A DNA stretch of 64,000 bases from Mycobacterium sp. (GTDB lineage: Bacteria; Actinomycetota; Actinomycetes; Mycobacteriales; Mycobacteriaceae), in contig JARLGS010000203.1 in assembly GCA_031292695.1 (NCBI GenBank), positions 151 to 64,150 of the forward strand, given 5' to 3'. The notes under the pieces are model-generated. The model was not told the origin of the DNA. It searched no databases and worked only from the letters and a program-made list of their open reading frames with translations. Every line of letters begins with the position of its first letter. Position 1 is the first letter of the stretch. Position numbers and translations under genes: made by a program. This document shows, in pieces, positions 10,603 to 19,816 of this stretch.

Positions 10603-10809
10603 CGGGTTGGTTCAACGGTGCGGGTCACCTCCCACGGGGCGGGGCGGCGTGGGCCGAAGGTGGCCACGCTCCGCCGCACGATGCGCAGCGCGTGCTCGTC
10701 GTCGTTGGCCAAGTGGTCGGTGACCCCGGAAACCCGGGAGTGCGGCTCGCCGCCGCCGAGTTCTTCGGCGGTGCTCGTCGGCGAAGGTTGCCGACGTTGT
10801 CGTCGTTAC
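10603..10809 (-). pseudogene. accD1: Remnant of acyl-CoA carboxylase beta subunit AccD1
   Basis: N-terminal [14 protein letters not shown] fused to internal [40 protein letters not shown], both AccD1/MccB-like. Lies directly after scoB as in the scoA-scoB-accD1 operon. Confidence 0.75.
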
Positions 10810-11447
10810 GGCACGGCAGGAAGCGCAAGGGGCGGTTCGGTTTTCGAGATAACCTCGTCAACACTGACACCGGGCGCGGTCTCGATCAGGTGCAGACCGT
10901 CGTCGGCGACGTCGATGACGGCGAGATCGGTGAAGATACGTTTCACGCAGCGCTTACCGGTCAGGGGCAGCGTGCAGTGCTCGACGATCTTCGCGCTGCC
11001 ATCCTTGGCGGTGTGCTCCATCATCACGAAAACTTTTTCCACGCCGTGCACTAGGTCCATCGCCCCACCCATGCCCTTGATCATCTTGCCGGGGATCGTC
11101 CAGTTGGCCAGGTCGCCGGCGGCCGAGACCTGCATGGCGCCGAGCACCGCGATGTCGAGGTGTCCGCCGCGGATGATCCCGAACGAGGACGACGAGGAGA
11201 AGAACGCCGCACCCGGCAACGTGGTGACCGTCTCCTTGCCGGCGTTGATCAGGTCGGCGTCGAGGTCCTCGCGCCGCGGGTACGGCCCGACACCGAGAAT
11301 CCCGTTTTCCGAATGCAAGACGACAGTGATGTCGGCGGGGATGTGGCTCGGGATCAGGGTGGGCAACCCGACGCCGAGGTTGACGTACTGCCCGTCGTGC
11401 AGTTCGGCGGCGACCCGCGCCGCCAGCTCGTCTCGGCTCCAGCTCAT
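10806..11447 (-). CDS. scoB: Succinyl-CoA:3-ketoacid CoA transferase subunit B
   Basis: [10 protein letters not shown], catalytic [13 protein letters not shown]. True start ATG 11447. Confidence 0.92.
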   Translation of the reverse strand: MSWSRDELAARVAAELHDGQYVNLGVGLPTLIPSHIPADITVVLHSENGILGVGPYPRREDLDADLINAGKETVTTLPGAAFFSSSSSFGIIRGGHLDIAVLGAMQVSAAGDLANWTIPGKMIKGMGGAMDLVHGVEKVFVMMEHTAKDGSAKIVEHCTLPLTGKRCVKRIFTDLAVIDVADDGLHLIETAPGVSVDEVISKTEPPLALPAVP

Positions 11448-11550
11448 GGCCGTTCCCCCCGGCAAACGGGTGGTGCCCCCACTCCCCCGCAACCGGGGGG
11501 ACCCCCACATCGCGCTACTCGCTCTGCATCGTCGTTGGCGGTCATGGCCG
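11444..11550 (-). repeat. MIRU-type mycobacterial interspersed repeat encoding a 33-codon mini-ORF
   Basis: ATGACCGCCAACGACGATGCAGAGCG..GTGGGGGCACCACCCGTTTGC matches the MIRU consensus. Flanked by 9-bp direct repeat CGGCCATGA. Confidence 0.8.
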
Positions 11551-12294
11551 CACCGTCTCCTTTTCGATCGGCTTCACCGGGTTTGGCACATGCACCACCC
11601 GGTGCACGTAGATCCCTGGGGTGTGCACCTGGGCGGGGTCGATCTCGCCCGTTTCGACCAGGTGCTCAACCTGCGCGATAGTGATCTGGCCCGCTACGGC
11701 GCAGTCCGGGTTGAAGTTGGCGGCCGCCGCGTGGTAGACCAAGTTGCCGTGCCGGTCGCCTTTGAAGGCGTGCACCAGTGCGAAGTCAGTGCGGATGGCT
11801 CGTTCCAGCACGCAAGTGACCCCGTCGAATTCGCGGGTTTCTTTCGGCGGCGAGGCAACCGCCACCGTACCGTCTGGGTGGTACCGCCACGCCAGACCGC
11901 CGTCGGCGACCTGCGTCCCAACCCCCGTGGGTGTGTAGAAGGCGGGGATCCCGGCCCCGCCGGCGCGCAGCCGCTCGGCCAGCGTGCCTTGCGGGGTCAG
12001 CTCCAGCTCAAGCTCACCGGCCATGTACTGCCGGGCGAATTCTTTGTTCTCCCCGACGTAGGAGTTGATAGTGCGCCGGATCCGCTTGTGTTGCAACAAC
12101 ACTCCCAAGCCGATCCCATCCACGCCCAAGTTGTTCGATACCGTCTCCAGATCGCGGACCCCGAGCTCCAGCAGCGCCGCGATCAGCGCCTGGGGGATGC
12201 CGCACAGCCCGAACCCGCCGACGGCCAGCGACGACCCGTCCGTCACGTCGGCAACAGCCTCCGCCGTCGTTGCCACGACCTTGTCCATCGTCAC
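11542..12294 (-). CDS. scoA: Succinyl-CoA:3-ketoacid CoA transferase subunit A
   Basis: [44 protein letters not shown]. Confidence 0.92.
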   Translation of the reverse strand: MTMDKVVATTAEAVADVTDGSSLAVGGFGLCGIPQALIAALLELGVRDLETVSNNLGVDGIGLGVLLQHKRIRRTINSYVGENKEFARQYMAGELELELTPQGTLAERLRAGGAGIPAFYTPTGVGTQVADGGLAWRYHPDGTVAVASPPKETREFDGVTCVLERAIRTDFALVHAFKGDRHGNLVYHAAAANFNPDCAVAGQITIAQVEHLVETGEIDPAQVHTPGIYVHRVVHVPNPVKPIEKETVRP

Positions 12295-12318
12295 CAGCCT
12301 CCTCGCCGCGGGACTTCA

Positions 12319-12334
12319 GTTAGTTTCCATTAAC
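12319..12334. promoter_or_regulatory. BkaR (Rv2506-type TetR) operator GTTAGT-TTCC-ATTAAC
   Basis: 16-bp palindrome matching GTTANT-N4-ANTAAC, 24 bp upstream of scoA. Confidence 0.75.
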
Positions 12335-12357
12335 CGAAGCGGTAGGATGCCACGGCA

Positions 12358-12518
12358 TAGGCCCAGGTCGGTGGCGGCCGCGTCCCAGTACCAGGCGGTG
12401 CGGCGACCGATCGCACGCGCAGCTCGTCGATGCCGGCCAGGCCGTGCGCGCGGGCCAGCCGCGTCACGTTGGCTCGCTCGATGTCGTCGGCGGTCGGATT
12501 CCACTGGTAGCTCGTCAC
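12358..12518 (-). pseudogene. 5' part of the interrupted acyl-CoA synthetase (frameshifted)
   Basis: GTG 12518: TSYQWNPTADDIERANVTRLARAHGL..RSVA(fs)TAWYWDAAATDLGL, a typical ACS/AACS N-terminus. Confidence 0.7.
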
Positions 12519-12534
12519 ATCATTCCCCGGGGCC

Positions 12535-13728
12535 TCAGCCTCTAGGCATGCCGAGAATGCGTTCGGCGACGATGTTGCGCTGGATGAACGTCGACCCACC
12601 GGCGATGGCGGTACCGCGCGCCTGATATGCCAACCGCAGCCACCGCTGTTGGTCAGTCGGCGACGCGTCGGCGGCGCCCTTCTCGGCGAGGGCGAACTGT
12701 CCTCCCATCGCGTCGAGCTCCAACCCGAAATCTGCGATGTCCTCCACAAGCGGACAGAAGAACAGCTTCCCGATGGAGGTGACCGGACCGGGTGGTCCCT
12801 CGCCGGCGGCCCCGGTGATGACCCGCTGCCCGATCAGGTAGTGCACTAGCGCCCGCCCGTACAGATCGGCGATCCGTTGCCGTACCAGCGGGTCGGCGCC
12901 AAGTGGTCTGCCGTCGTCGGTGGTGCGGGTCGCGATCTCGTGGATCAGATCATTGACCGCGCCGGTGGTGTTGACGCGGCCGGTGGCGATGGCGACCCGC
13001 TCGAACGCGAGGGTCTCCATAGCCACTCGCCAGCCGCCGTCGACTTCGCCGAGCACGCCGCCATCGGGGATGAACACCCCGTCGAGGAACACCTCATTGA
13101 ATTCGGACTCGCCCAGCATGTGTGCCAGGGGACGGACCTCAACGCCGGGGCTGTTCATGGGCAGCATGAAATACGTGATCCCACGATGCCGCGGTCCGCC
13201 GCCGGTGCGGGCGAGCAGGATCGCGTGGGCTGCCAGTTGGGCGCGGCTGGTCCAGATCTTCTGGCCCTGGATTCGCCATCCGCCGTCCACCTTGGTGGCA
13301 GTGGTACGCAACGAGGCCAGGTCCGAGCCCGCCTCCGGCTCGGAGAACAACTGGCACCAGATCTCCTCGCCGGTGAGGATCGGTCGCAGATAACGCTCCT
13401 GCTGAGCGGGAGTGCCAAACTCGATGACCGTCGGTCCGGCGAAGTCCTCGCCGATGATGTTGAGCCGCTCCGGTGCGCCGGCGCGATCAAGTTCCTCGTT
13501 GAAGACCGCACGCAGCTTGGCGTCCGCGCCACCGCCGCCATACTCCTTGGGCCAGGACAGGCCGGTATAACCGGCGTCGTAGAGCAGCCGCTGCCAAGTT
13601 CGCCAGTAGTCGAGCTTGTCCTCGAGGCGTGCCGGTTCCGGTCCGCCGAGCCGTGGCAACGTCGCCTGCAGCCACGCACGCGCCTTCGCACGAAACTCCG
13701 CTTCGGCGGGACGGTCTTTCAATTCCAT
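12535..13728 (-). CDS. Acyl-CoA dehydrogenase (FadE17/FadE30-like)
   Basis: WCQLFSEPEAGSDLASL, GQKIWTS, FNEVFLD, IAGGSTFIQRN. Confidence 0.9.
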   Translation of the reverse strand: MELKDRPAEAEFRAKARAWLQATLPRLGGPEPARLEDKLDYWRTWQRLLYDAGYTGLSWPKEYGGGGADAKLRAVFNEELDRAGAPERLNIIGEDFAGPTVIEFGTPAQQERYLRPILTGEEIWCQLFSEPEAGSDLASLRTTATKVDGGWRIQGQKIWTSRAQLAAHAILLARTGGGPRHRGITYFMLPMNSPGVEVRPLAHMLGESEFNEVFLDGVFIPDGGVLGEVDGGWRVAMETLAFERVAIATGRVNTTGAVNDLIHEIATRTTDDGRPLGADPLVRQRIADLYGRALVHYLIGQRVITGAAGEGPPGPVTSIGKLFFCPLVEDIADFGLELDAMGGQFALAEKGAADASPTDQQRWLRLAYQARGTAIAGGSTFIQRNIVAERILGMPRG

Positions 13729-15431
13729 CAGGGGGTGCCCGCCACTTGCCTGGCCTGCGCGGCCTCCTCGGTGAGGCGCCGTTCGATGTCTTTGCGCAAC
13801 TCGTGTTTGAGGATCTTGCCGGTTGCCGTCATCGGCAGGGCGTCGAGGGCGACGACGCGCTCAGGTGTCTTCTGGATCGGCATGCCTCGCTCGAGCAGGA
13901 ACTCGCGCAGGTCGTCGACGGTCGGGGGCTGGTGTCCCGACTTGGGCACCACAAAGCAGCACACCCGCTCGCCTAGCCGCTCGTCGGGCATGCCCACCAC
14001 CGAGAACGCTTTCAACTCAGGATGGTGGGCCAGATGTTCCTCGATCTCGCGGACGCTGATGTTCATCCCGCCGCGAATGACGATGTCTTTGGTCCGACCG
14101 GTTACCCGCACGTATCCGTCCTGGGTCATCACTCCCAGATCGCCGGACTTGGAAAAGCCGTCCGTGGTGAACAGGGCCGCGGTTTCCTTGGGATTGGCGA
14201 GATATTCGATCATGTGGGAGGGCCCGCGGTAGGCGATGTCGCCCTCAGCGCCGCGAGGCACCTCATTCCCGTCGGCATTGACGATCTTGACCTCTGCACC
14301 CGGCATCGCCTTGCCGTCCGAGGTCAGGGCGCGCAACACGTCGTCGGTCACTGAACATGTGGAGGTAACCAGGTTTTCGCTACGCCCGTAGAGGCTGAGC
14401 ACCTTGACGTTGGGAAGCGTTGCGCCGGCCCGCTCGATGACCGCGGCGGGGATCGGCGCGCCCGCGCATGTCCACAACCGCAACGTGGACAGGCCGTGGC
14501 GCTCGGCGTCGTACTCGGACAACAGTGTGTGCAGGAACGTCGGGGCCGTCACGGCCGCGGTGCAGCCGAAGCGCTGAATCTCGTCTATTCCGCGGGCCGG
14601 ATCCCACTTGGCCATGACATGTGTCGAGGCCCCGGTCAGCATGGGCAGCAACACGCTGGTGACCAGCCCGGTGGTGTGGGCGATGGGGGAGGGACCGAAC
14701 TGGACATCGGCCTCGGTGTAGCCGAACGGCCCGACCAGCGCACGCGCGCCCGCACAGTAGGTGTTGAACGTATGTACGCAACCCTTTGGCCGTGACGTGG
14801 TTCCAGAGGTGTAGACGATGACGAACGGGTCGTCTGGGTCGGGCGGGTTGCCCAGTTCTGCACGGGCGCTGTCGTCGTCGGTGTCGGCCTCCAGCTGGTC
14901 CAGCGTGAACACGTTAGCGTCGGCATAGGCGACGTCTTCGGCGGTGCTGTCGGGTCGGGTGACGACGATCGTGAGTTCCGGATGCTCTTGGCGCAGACCG
15001 CGATACATGTCCAGATAGTCGAATTTGCTGAACTGTGCTGGAGTGAACGCCACCCGCACCCCGGCGTTGGACAGCACGTAGCCGACGTCCTCGCGCCGAT
15101 AGATCGGCATTATCGGGACCACGATGACACCCAGTCGCGACAACGCGGTCAGCACCTGGATGAACTCCACCCAGTTGGGCAGCTGCACGGCGGCTGTGTC
15201 ACCGCGCCGCAAGCCATGTCGGTGCAGACCGACAGCCAGCCGTTGGCCGGCGTCGAAAAGTTGCCGGAACGTCAACGATCGCGATCCGTCGGTCGCGAAA
15301 ACCTTGTCGGGGTTTTCTTCGACGCGCCGGAGCAGGAGGTCACGAAACGTGTCGGTGGACCACTGCCCCGCGCGGTAGTACTGGTCGATTTCTTGTGGGC
15401 TGTAGCGGACGGTGTAGGGGCTCGGCTTCAT
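13728..15431 (-). CDS. AMP-dependent CoA ligase, cyclohexanecarboxylate-CoA ligase (AliA)-like
   Basis: YYRAGQWS N-terminus, QLPNWVEF, PIMPIYR, YTSGTTSRPKG, SGDLG, GRTKDIVIRGG, PMTATGKILK. Confidence 0.75.
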   Translation of the reverse strand: MKPSPYTVRYSPQEIDQYYRAGQWSTDTFRDLLLRRVEENPDKVFATDGSRSLTFRQLFDAGQRLAVGLHRHGLRRGDTAAVQLPNWVEFIQVLTALSRLGVIVVPIMPIYRREDVGYVLSNAGVRVAFTPAQFSKFDYLDMYRGLRQEHPELTIVVTRPDSTAEDVAYADANVFTLDQLEADTDDDSARAELGNPPDPDDPFVIVYTSGTTSRPKGCVHTFNTYCAGARALVGPFGYTEADVQFGPSPIAHTTGLVTSVLLPMLTGASTHVMAKWDPARGIDEIQRFGCTAAVTAPTFLHTLLSEYDAERHGLSTLRLWTCAGAPIPAAVIERAGATLPNVKVLSLYGRSENLVTSTCSVTDDVLRALTSDGKAMPGAEVKIVNADGNEVPRGAEGDIAYRGPSHMIEYLANPKETAALFTTDGFSKSGDLGVMTQDGYVRVTGRTKDIVIRGGMNISVREIEEHLAHHPELKAFSVVGMPDERLGERVCCFVVPKSGHQPPTVDDLREFLLERGMPIQKTPERVVALDALPMTATGKILKHELRKDIERRLTEEAAQARQVAGTP

Positions 15432-15492
15432 CGCGCTGCTCCTCGGTTCTCGGGATCCGCCCGCCGGGCGGCCAGGAGGCGTAATCCTTCAA

Positions 15493-15521
15493 ATTGTAGA
15501 ATGGTCAGACCGAAACGGCAA
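15493..15521 (-). promoter_or_regulatory. SigA-like promoter TTGCCG-N17-TACAAT with FadR-type operator in the spacer
   Basis: Minus strand TTGCCG tttcggtctgaccattc TACAAT upstream of the CoA ligase. Confidence 0.7.
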
Positions 15522-15548
15522 GAACTTCGGGCGTGCAGCGGTCCGGCG

Positions 15549-16358
15549 CTATGCGTTGCGCCACCGCGGGGAACGCTTTTCTTTGAAAGCCAGTACTCCT
15601 TCGGCCAGATCCTCGGTGGTGAACGCCAAGGCGAGCTGGGCCTGCAGGTAGTCCAGCGCCGATTCCAGCGGCAGGTCGCGGGTCGCCGCCAACGCCCGCT
15701 TACCCATTGCGAGCAGCAACGGTGATTTGCCGGCGATTTCGGCGACCCACCGTCGCAGGGCGTTGTCGAACTCAGCGTCGGGCACCACCTTGTTGACCAG
15801 CCCGGCGGCTGCCGCTTCGGTGGCGCTGATCAGCCGGCCGGTCATCATCAGCTCGTTGGCGACCAGCCGTCCGGTGGCCCGAAAGATCAACGCTGAGATC
15901 ATGAACGGAAAGGCGCCGACGTTGATCTCCGGGCAGCCCAGCCGGATCGACTCCTTGGCGATGACGAGATCACAAGCCAACGCGATGCCCAGCGCACCGG
16001 CCAGCACATCGCCGTTCGCTGCGCAGACAACCGGCTTGTCGATCCCCATAAGGGTGCGATACAGGGTGGGGAACCGCGCGAGGCCGGCGTACTTGACGAT
16101 CGTCGCCCGTTCGTCGGCGAACGCGTCGAGGTTGCCGCCGGAGGAGAAGACCCGCGGGTGCGACGACGTCAGCACGACGACCCTCACCCGCGCGTCGGAG
16201 GCCGCATGTTGCAGCAGCGCGGTGAGCTGATCCAGCAGTGCATCGGACAGCGCGTTTCGCCGCGCGGGGTCGTTCAGTGTCAGATAGGCCGCCAGAGCAT
16301 CGCCGTCGGCGGTTGCGGCTTCGAGTCGATAGGTGACCAGATCGCCTGACTCACTCAA
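15549..16358 (-). CDS. Enoyl-CoA hydratase/isomerase
   Basis: RNAL, FSSGGNL, KPVVCAANG, PEINVG, EGVLAFKEKR. Confidence 0.88.
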   Translation of the reverse strand: MSESGDLVTYRLEAATADGDALAAYLTLNDPARRNALSDALLDQLTALLQHAASDARVRVVVLTSSHPRVFSSGGNLDAFADERATIVKYAGLARFPTLYRTLMGIDKPVVCAANGDVLAGALGIALACDLVIAKESIRLGCPEINVGAFPFMISALIFRATGRLVANELMMTGRLISATEAAAAGLVNKVVPDAEFDNALRRWVAEIAGKSPLLLAMGKRALAATRDLPLESALDYLQAQLALAFTTEDLAEGVLAFKEKRSPRWRNA

Positions 16359-16367
16359 AGTGGCCTC

Positions 16368-17348
16368 CTAGTCATGCGTCAGAACGCATTTGCCGAACGT
16401 GCGCCCGCGCTCGAGGTGTTCGTGTGCTTCGGCGGCCCGATCCAGGGGGAACTCGCTATCGATCACCGGCGGGCGCACCGAGCACCGATCAATCATGTTG
16501 AGCATGCCGGCGAAGTCCCTGCTGCTGCCCATGGTGGTTCCGAGCAGATCGAACTGACCGAAATAGAAGCTGCGGACGTCCATGGGCGCGGTCTGTGCCG
16601 CGTTGGCGCCGAGCACCACGAGCCGGCCGCCGGGACGCAGCGTGCGCACGGATTCGCTCCAGCGGCCGACTGGGTCGAGGACGAGATCGAAGCCGGCCTT
16701 GTGTGGCGACATCGCACGGGCATGCTCGGGCCACCCCGTTTCGCTGTGCAGCACGCCGCCGCGGGCGCCCGCGCCCACCGCGCGCTCGATGGTATCGGGC
16801 GAGGACGAGGTCACGGTGATGCCGACTCCGGCAGCGACTGCTAGCGCGACGGCCATGGTGGCGATCCCGCCGCCGGCGCCGATCACCAGCATCGACTCTC
16901 CCGAGCGCAGCCGCCCGCGGACGAACAGGGCCCGGTACGTCGTCACCCCCACCAGCGGCAGCGCGGCAGCCTCGGCCCAGCTCAGACCGGCCGGCTTGGC
17001 AGCCAGGCAGTCGGCCGGCACGGCGACCAACTCGGAGTACGTGCCGAGGGTGTGATCGCCCAGAATCTCCCAGCTGCCGCCCGGCGCTTCATTGCGGTCG
17101 CCCCAGTTCAGGGACGGCAGCAGCACCACTTCTTCTCCCGTGTCGGTGCGCACACCAGCGCCGTCGGCACCGATGATGTGCGGCAGCGGCGAACCGTAGC
17201 GGCCCTGGCGGACCAGAACGTCATGCCAGTTCAGCGCGCTGGCCCGCAGCGCCACGGTCACCCAGCCGGGCCGTGTGGGCGGGTCGGGAAATTCTTCGGG
17301 GCGCAACACCGCAGGGCCGCCAAACTCGCGCATTACCACAGCGTGCAC
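16368..17348 (-). CDS. MDR-family quinone-oxidoreductase-like dehydrogenase
   Basis: ALNWHD (no catalytic Zn Cys), GADGAG, GAGGGIA, GTTMGS, FGKCVL. Confidence 0.85.
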   Translation of the reverse strand: MHAVVMREFGGPAVLRPEEFPDPPTRPGWVTVALRASALNWHDVLVRQGRYGSPLPHIIGADGAGVRTDTGEEVVLLPSLNWGDRNEAPGGSWEILGDHTLGTYSELVAVPADCLAAKPAGLSWAEAAALPLVGVTTYRALFVRGRLRSGESMLVIGAGGGIATMAVALAVAAGVGITVTSSSPDTIERAVGAGARGGVLHSETGWPEHARAMSPHKAGFDLVLDPVGRWSESVRTLRPGGRLVVLGANAAQTAPMDVRSFYFGQFDLLGTTMGSSRDFAGMLNMIDRCSVRPPVIDSEFPLDRAAEAHEHLERGRTFGKCVLTHD

Positions 17349-17359
17349 GCGAACCTCCT

Positions 17360-17373
17360 TATGGACTGACCAT
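17360..17373. promoter_or_regulatory. FadR-type operator adjacent to the RBS of the MDR gene
   Basis: Minus strand ATGGTCAGTCCATA-AGGAGG, one mismatch to TGGT-N3-ACCA. Confidence 0.55.
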
Positions 17374-17467
17374 TAGACCATTGCTTCGTGAGTCGCACAA
17401 GCAAGGCTCGAGCCACGTGGTCGGAAAACCGGAATAATTGACGCCCGCGTCGCAGCTTGCCAATCGG

Positions 17468-17538
17468 TTGTGACCCACTTCACAACACGATATACTTTTG
17501 GTTCAATGGTATGACCAATACGATACGGTGAACCAAAA
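17468..17538 (+). promoter_or_regulatory. Promoter TTGTGA-N17-TATACT followed by operator ATGGTATGACCAAT inside a 10-bp inverted repeat
   Basis: -10 at 17491-17496, operator at 17506-17519, TTTTGGTTCA (17496-17505) and TGAACCAAAA (17529-17538). Confidence 0.6.
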
Positions 17539-17559
17539 TTGGTGCGGAGAGGAGCGGTG

Positions 17560-18696
17560 ATGGTCAAGCAAGCGGCCATGGCCACCAGCACGAAGGATTT
17601 AACCCTGGTTGAGCGCGCCGAGGCCGCCGTTGCCGGCGCATCCGAACATCTCGGGCTGCCACCTGCAGAGCCGCACCAGAGCGCGTTACGGTGCCGGCTG
17701 GACGATCTGAGGCATTGCCTCGAGGGGCGGCTGGCGCTGTCACCCGATTCGGCGGCGACTGCCGAACTGTTGACCTCAATTCTGAGATTGCAATGCGAGC
17801 TGCTCGATCTCGATCTGTCTCGACAGATGAGGTGTCTAACCGAGATCCGTAGCGCACTAGGGGACCTACGAGGCCTGTCGCCGCGCGAGATGATCTACGC
17901 GGCCCCGGTGGTGCTGAGCCGGGAGTTTGGTTTCGCCCGGACCATGATCTCCACCGTGCGAGGTTCCATGTGGCTGCCCCAGCACCTCCACATAGAAGAC
18001 GAAGGGGCCGATCCCCAATCGCGGCCGTTTCACGAATTCGTGGCCCACGCCCACATCCAACTAGCGGACGCTCCGCTGGAGACAGAACTCATCCGCAAAC
18101 GGTGCGGAGCACTTGTGCCGTTTCCGCGGGAAGACAAGCGCACGTTCAAGGGAATCGTCGATGCCTCCGGCTGCTTTGGCTATGTCGCCGCCCCGATCAT
18201 TGTCCAGGGCAGGGCAATTGGGATTCTGCATGCTGACCGTCCGCAACCCGACGGCATCGTGACGATGGAGCATCTCGACCAGCTGGAGGCCTTCGCCGAG
18301 TGCCTGGCCGCCGCATTCGAGCGCGCCGTACTTGAAGAGAAGGCATCGCAACAACGCGTCGCAGTCGGCAATTTATGCGCCCATGTAGAGGAACTGCTCG
18401 GACGGCCGGCCCGACCGCCGTTGTGGTCAGGCGCTAGCCCGAAACAGCGACACGATGCTTACCACCGCGGCGATCAGCCGGCTGTGCCATTGTTGACCGC
18501 CCGCGAGCGAGAAATCATGTCGTATGTAGCGACTGGGGCCACCAACAGCCAGATTGCCCGGTGCCTGGTGATCTCGGAAGGCACGGTGAAGTCCCATCTC
18601 AAACACATTGCCAGGAAGCTCCATACGTCCAGCAGGGCAGCGGCCGTGGCCGTCTTCGCCGGCATCGCTACCGCGCAAACGAGTGACTCGAGATGA
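17560..18696 (+). CDS. GAF + LuxR-HTH transcriptional regulator (pair 1, gene A)
   Basis: FGFARTMIS..YVAAPI..GILHAD GAF segment. C-terminal LTARERE..TNSQIA..SEGTVKSHLKHI. Confidence 0.88.
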   Translation: MVKQAAMATSTKDLTLVERAEAAVAGASEHLGLPPAEPHQSALRCRLDDLRHCLEGRLALSPDSAATAELLTSILRLQCELLDLDLSRQMRCLTEIRSALGDLRGLSPREMIYAAPVVLSREFGFARTMISTVRGSMWLPQHLHIEDEGADPQSRPFHEFVAHAHIQLADAPLETELIRKRCGALVPFPREDKRTFKGIVDASGCFGYVAAPIIVQGRAIGILHADRPQPDGIVTMEHLDQLEAFAECLAAAFERAVLEEKASQQRVAVGNLCAHVEELLGRPARPPLWSGASPKQRHDAYHRGDQPAVPLLTAREREIMSYVATGATNSQIARCLVISEGTVKSHLKHIARKLHTSSRAAAVAVFAGIATAQTSDSR

Positions 18697-19775
18697 GCAC
18701 CCGCGAGATGGTGGGCAGACTCAACCATCTGAACGAACAACTGTGTGGCGCATTCGGTGTGCCTCGAACAGGTGATGCGGCAAACCTCGACGAGGCCGTC
18801 GTCATGTCAGCGGCAACCACTGATCGATTGTTGGTCGGCGACCGCGGCATCCGCGACGACATCGCATCACCGATCGGGCGCAGTACCTTGGCTGAATTCC
18901 TTCAGGCGCAGGTGGAAGCGCGCAAGATGAGAGCCGGCGATCACGTCGATGTGGTGCGTTCCTTGACCCATGGGATCCGTCGCATGAAGAAGGCGGGCTC
19001 GCTGCAAGGACTGGCCAGGCAAGCCTGTACTGAACTGTGTGACGCGCTCGGCTTCGACTACGCGTTGCTGTCGCTCGTCCTCGACGATGGATTCGTCGTC
19101 GAAGAGTCTGGCCACGGCGTCGAAGGCCCCACTATGATCGCGCGTCGTGGATGCGTGGCCGAACGGGACTGTATTCGCTTGGGCGGCACCATCCGAACGA
19201 ATGAGGTCGACGTGCCCGCGACGCCCGGCTATCGGGAACTGCTCGGCTCCGCGCACTATCTCGTCGCCCCGGTGATCGCCGAATCGCGGGTGGTCGCACT
19301 TCTTCACGTCAGCCGGGGCAGCGAAGGCGTCTCCGTCTGTGACGTCGACGTGCTGGATACGTTCGCCTCTGCCTATTCGCTGCTTCACGAGCGGATGGTG
19401 AATACCGAGCGGGTGCAGCACCAGCGGACCTCGATCGCTCGCTCGGCGGCGCGGCTGACCGATGAAGCGGACCGGATCGCTGCAGCAGCCATCAGTCTCG
19501 ATGTCGAATACGCCAATCGTGTCGAGCCCCCGACCATAGCGCCGGATTCCGCCTTGGCGGCGACGCTATCGGAGCGCGAACGCCAAGTGTTCGAGAGGCT
19601 GGTCCTGGGAGCTGCGAACGCCGAGATCGCCGATCAACTTGTCATCACGGTCGAGACGGTCAAGACACACGTGAAGAGGATCCTTCGAAAGATCGGGGCC
19701 ATCAACCGCTCGGAGGCGATCGCCCTCTACATGGAGGCCAGAACGAGGCCTGGGCGACACAACGTGTTACGTTGA
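18693..19775 (+). CDS. GAF + LuxR-HTH transcriptional regulator (pair 1, gene B)
   Basis: LGFDYALLS..YLVAPV..ALLHV. LSERERQV..NAEIA..TVKTHVKRI. ATGA overlap with gene A. Confidence 0.88.
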   Translation: MSTREMVGRLNHLNEQLCGAFGVPRTGDAANLDEAVVMSAATTDRLLVGDRGIRDDIASPIGRSTLAEFLQAQVEARKMRAGDHVDVVRSLTHGIRRMKKAGSLQGLARQACTELCDALGFDYALLSLVLDDGFVVEESGHGVEGPTMIARRGCVAERDCIRLGGTIRTNEVDVPATPGYRELLGSAHYLVAPVIAESRVVALLHVSRGSEGVSVCDVDVLDTFASAYSLLHERMVNTERVQHQRTSIARSAARLTDEADRIAAAAISLDVEYANRVEPPTIAPDSALAATLSERERQVFERLVLGAANAEIADQLVITVETVKTHVKRILRKIGAINRSEAIALYMEARTRPGRHNVLR

Positions 19776-19816
19776 ACGGCAAGTTTTTTCACGCTGGTGC
19801 GCGGTGTTGGCGGGGG

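Noticed and set aside
10255-12333. 692-aa plus-strand ORF (likewise 12877-14232, 45081-46670, 1741-3168 and others)
   Set aside because: Antisense shadow ORFs of well-supported genes in high-GC DNA, with no recognisable motifs.
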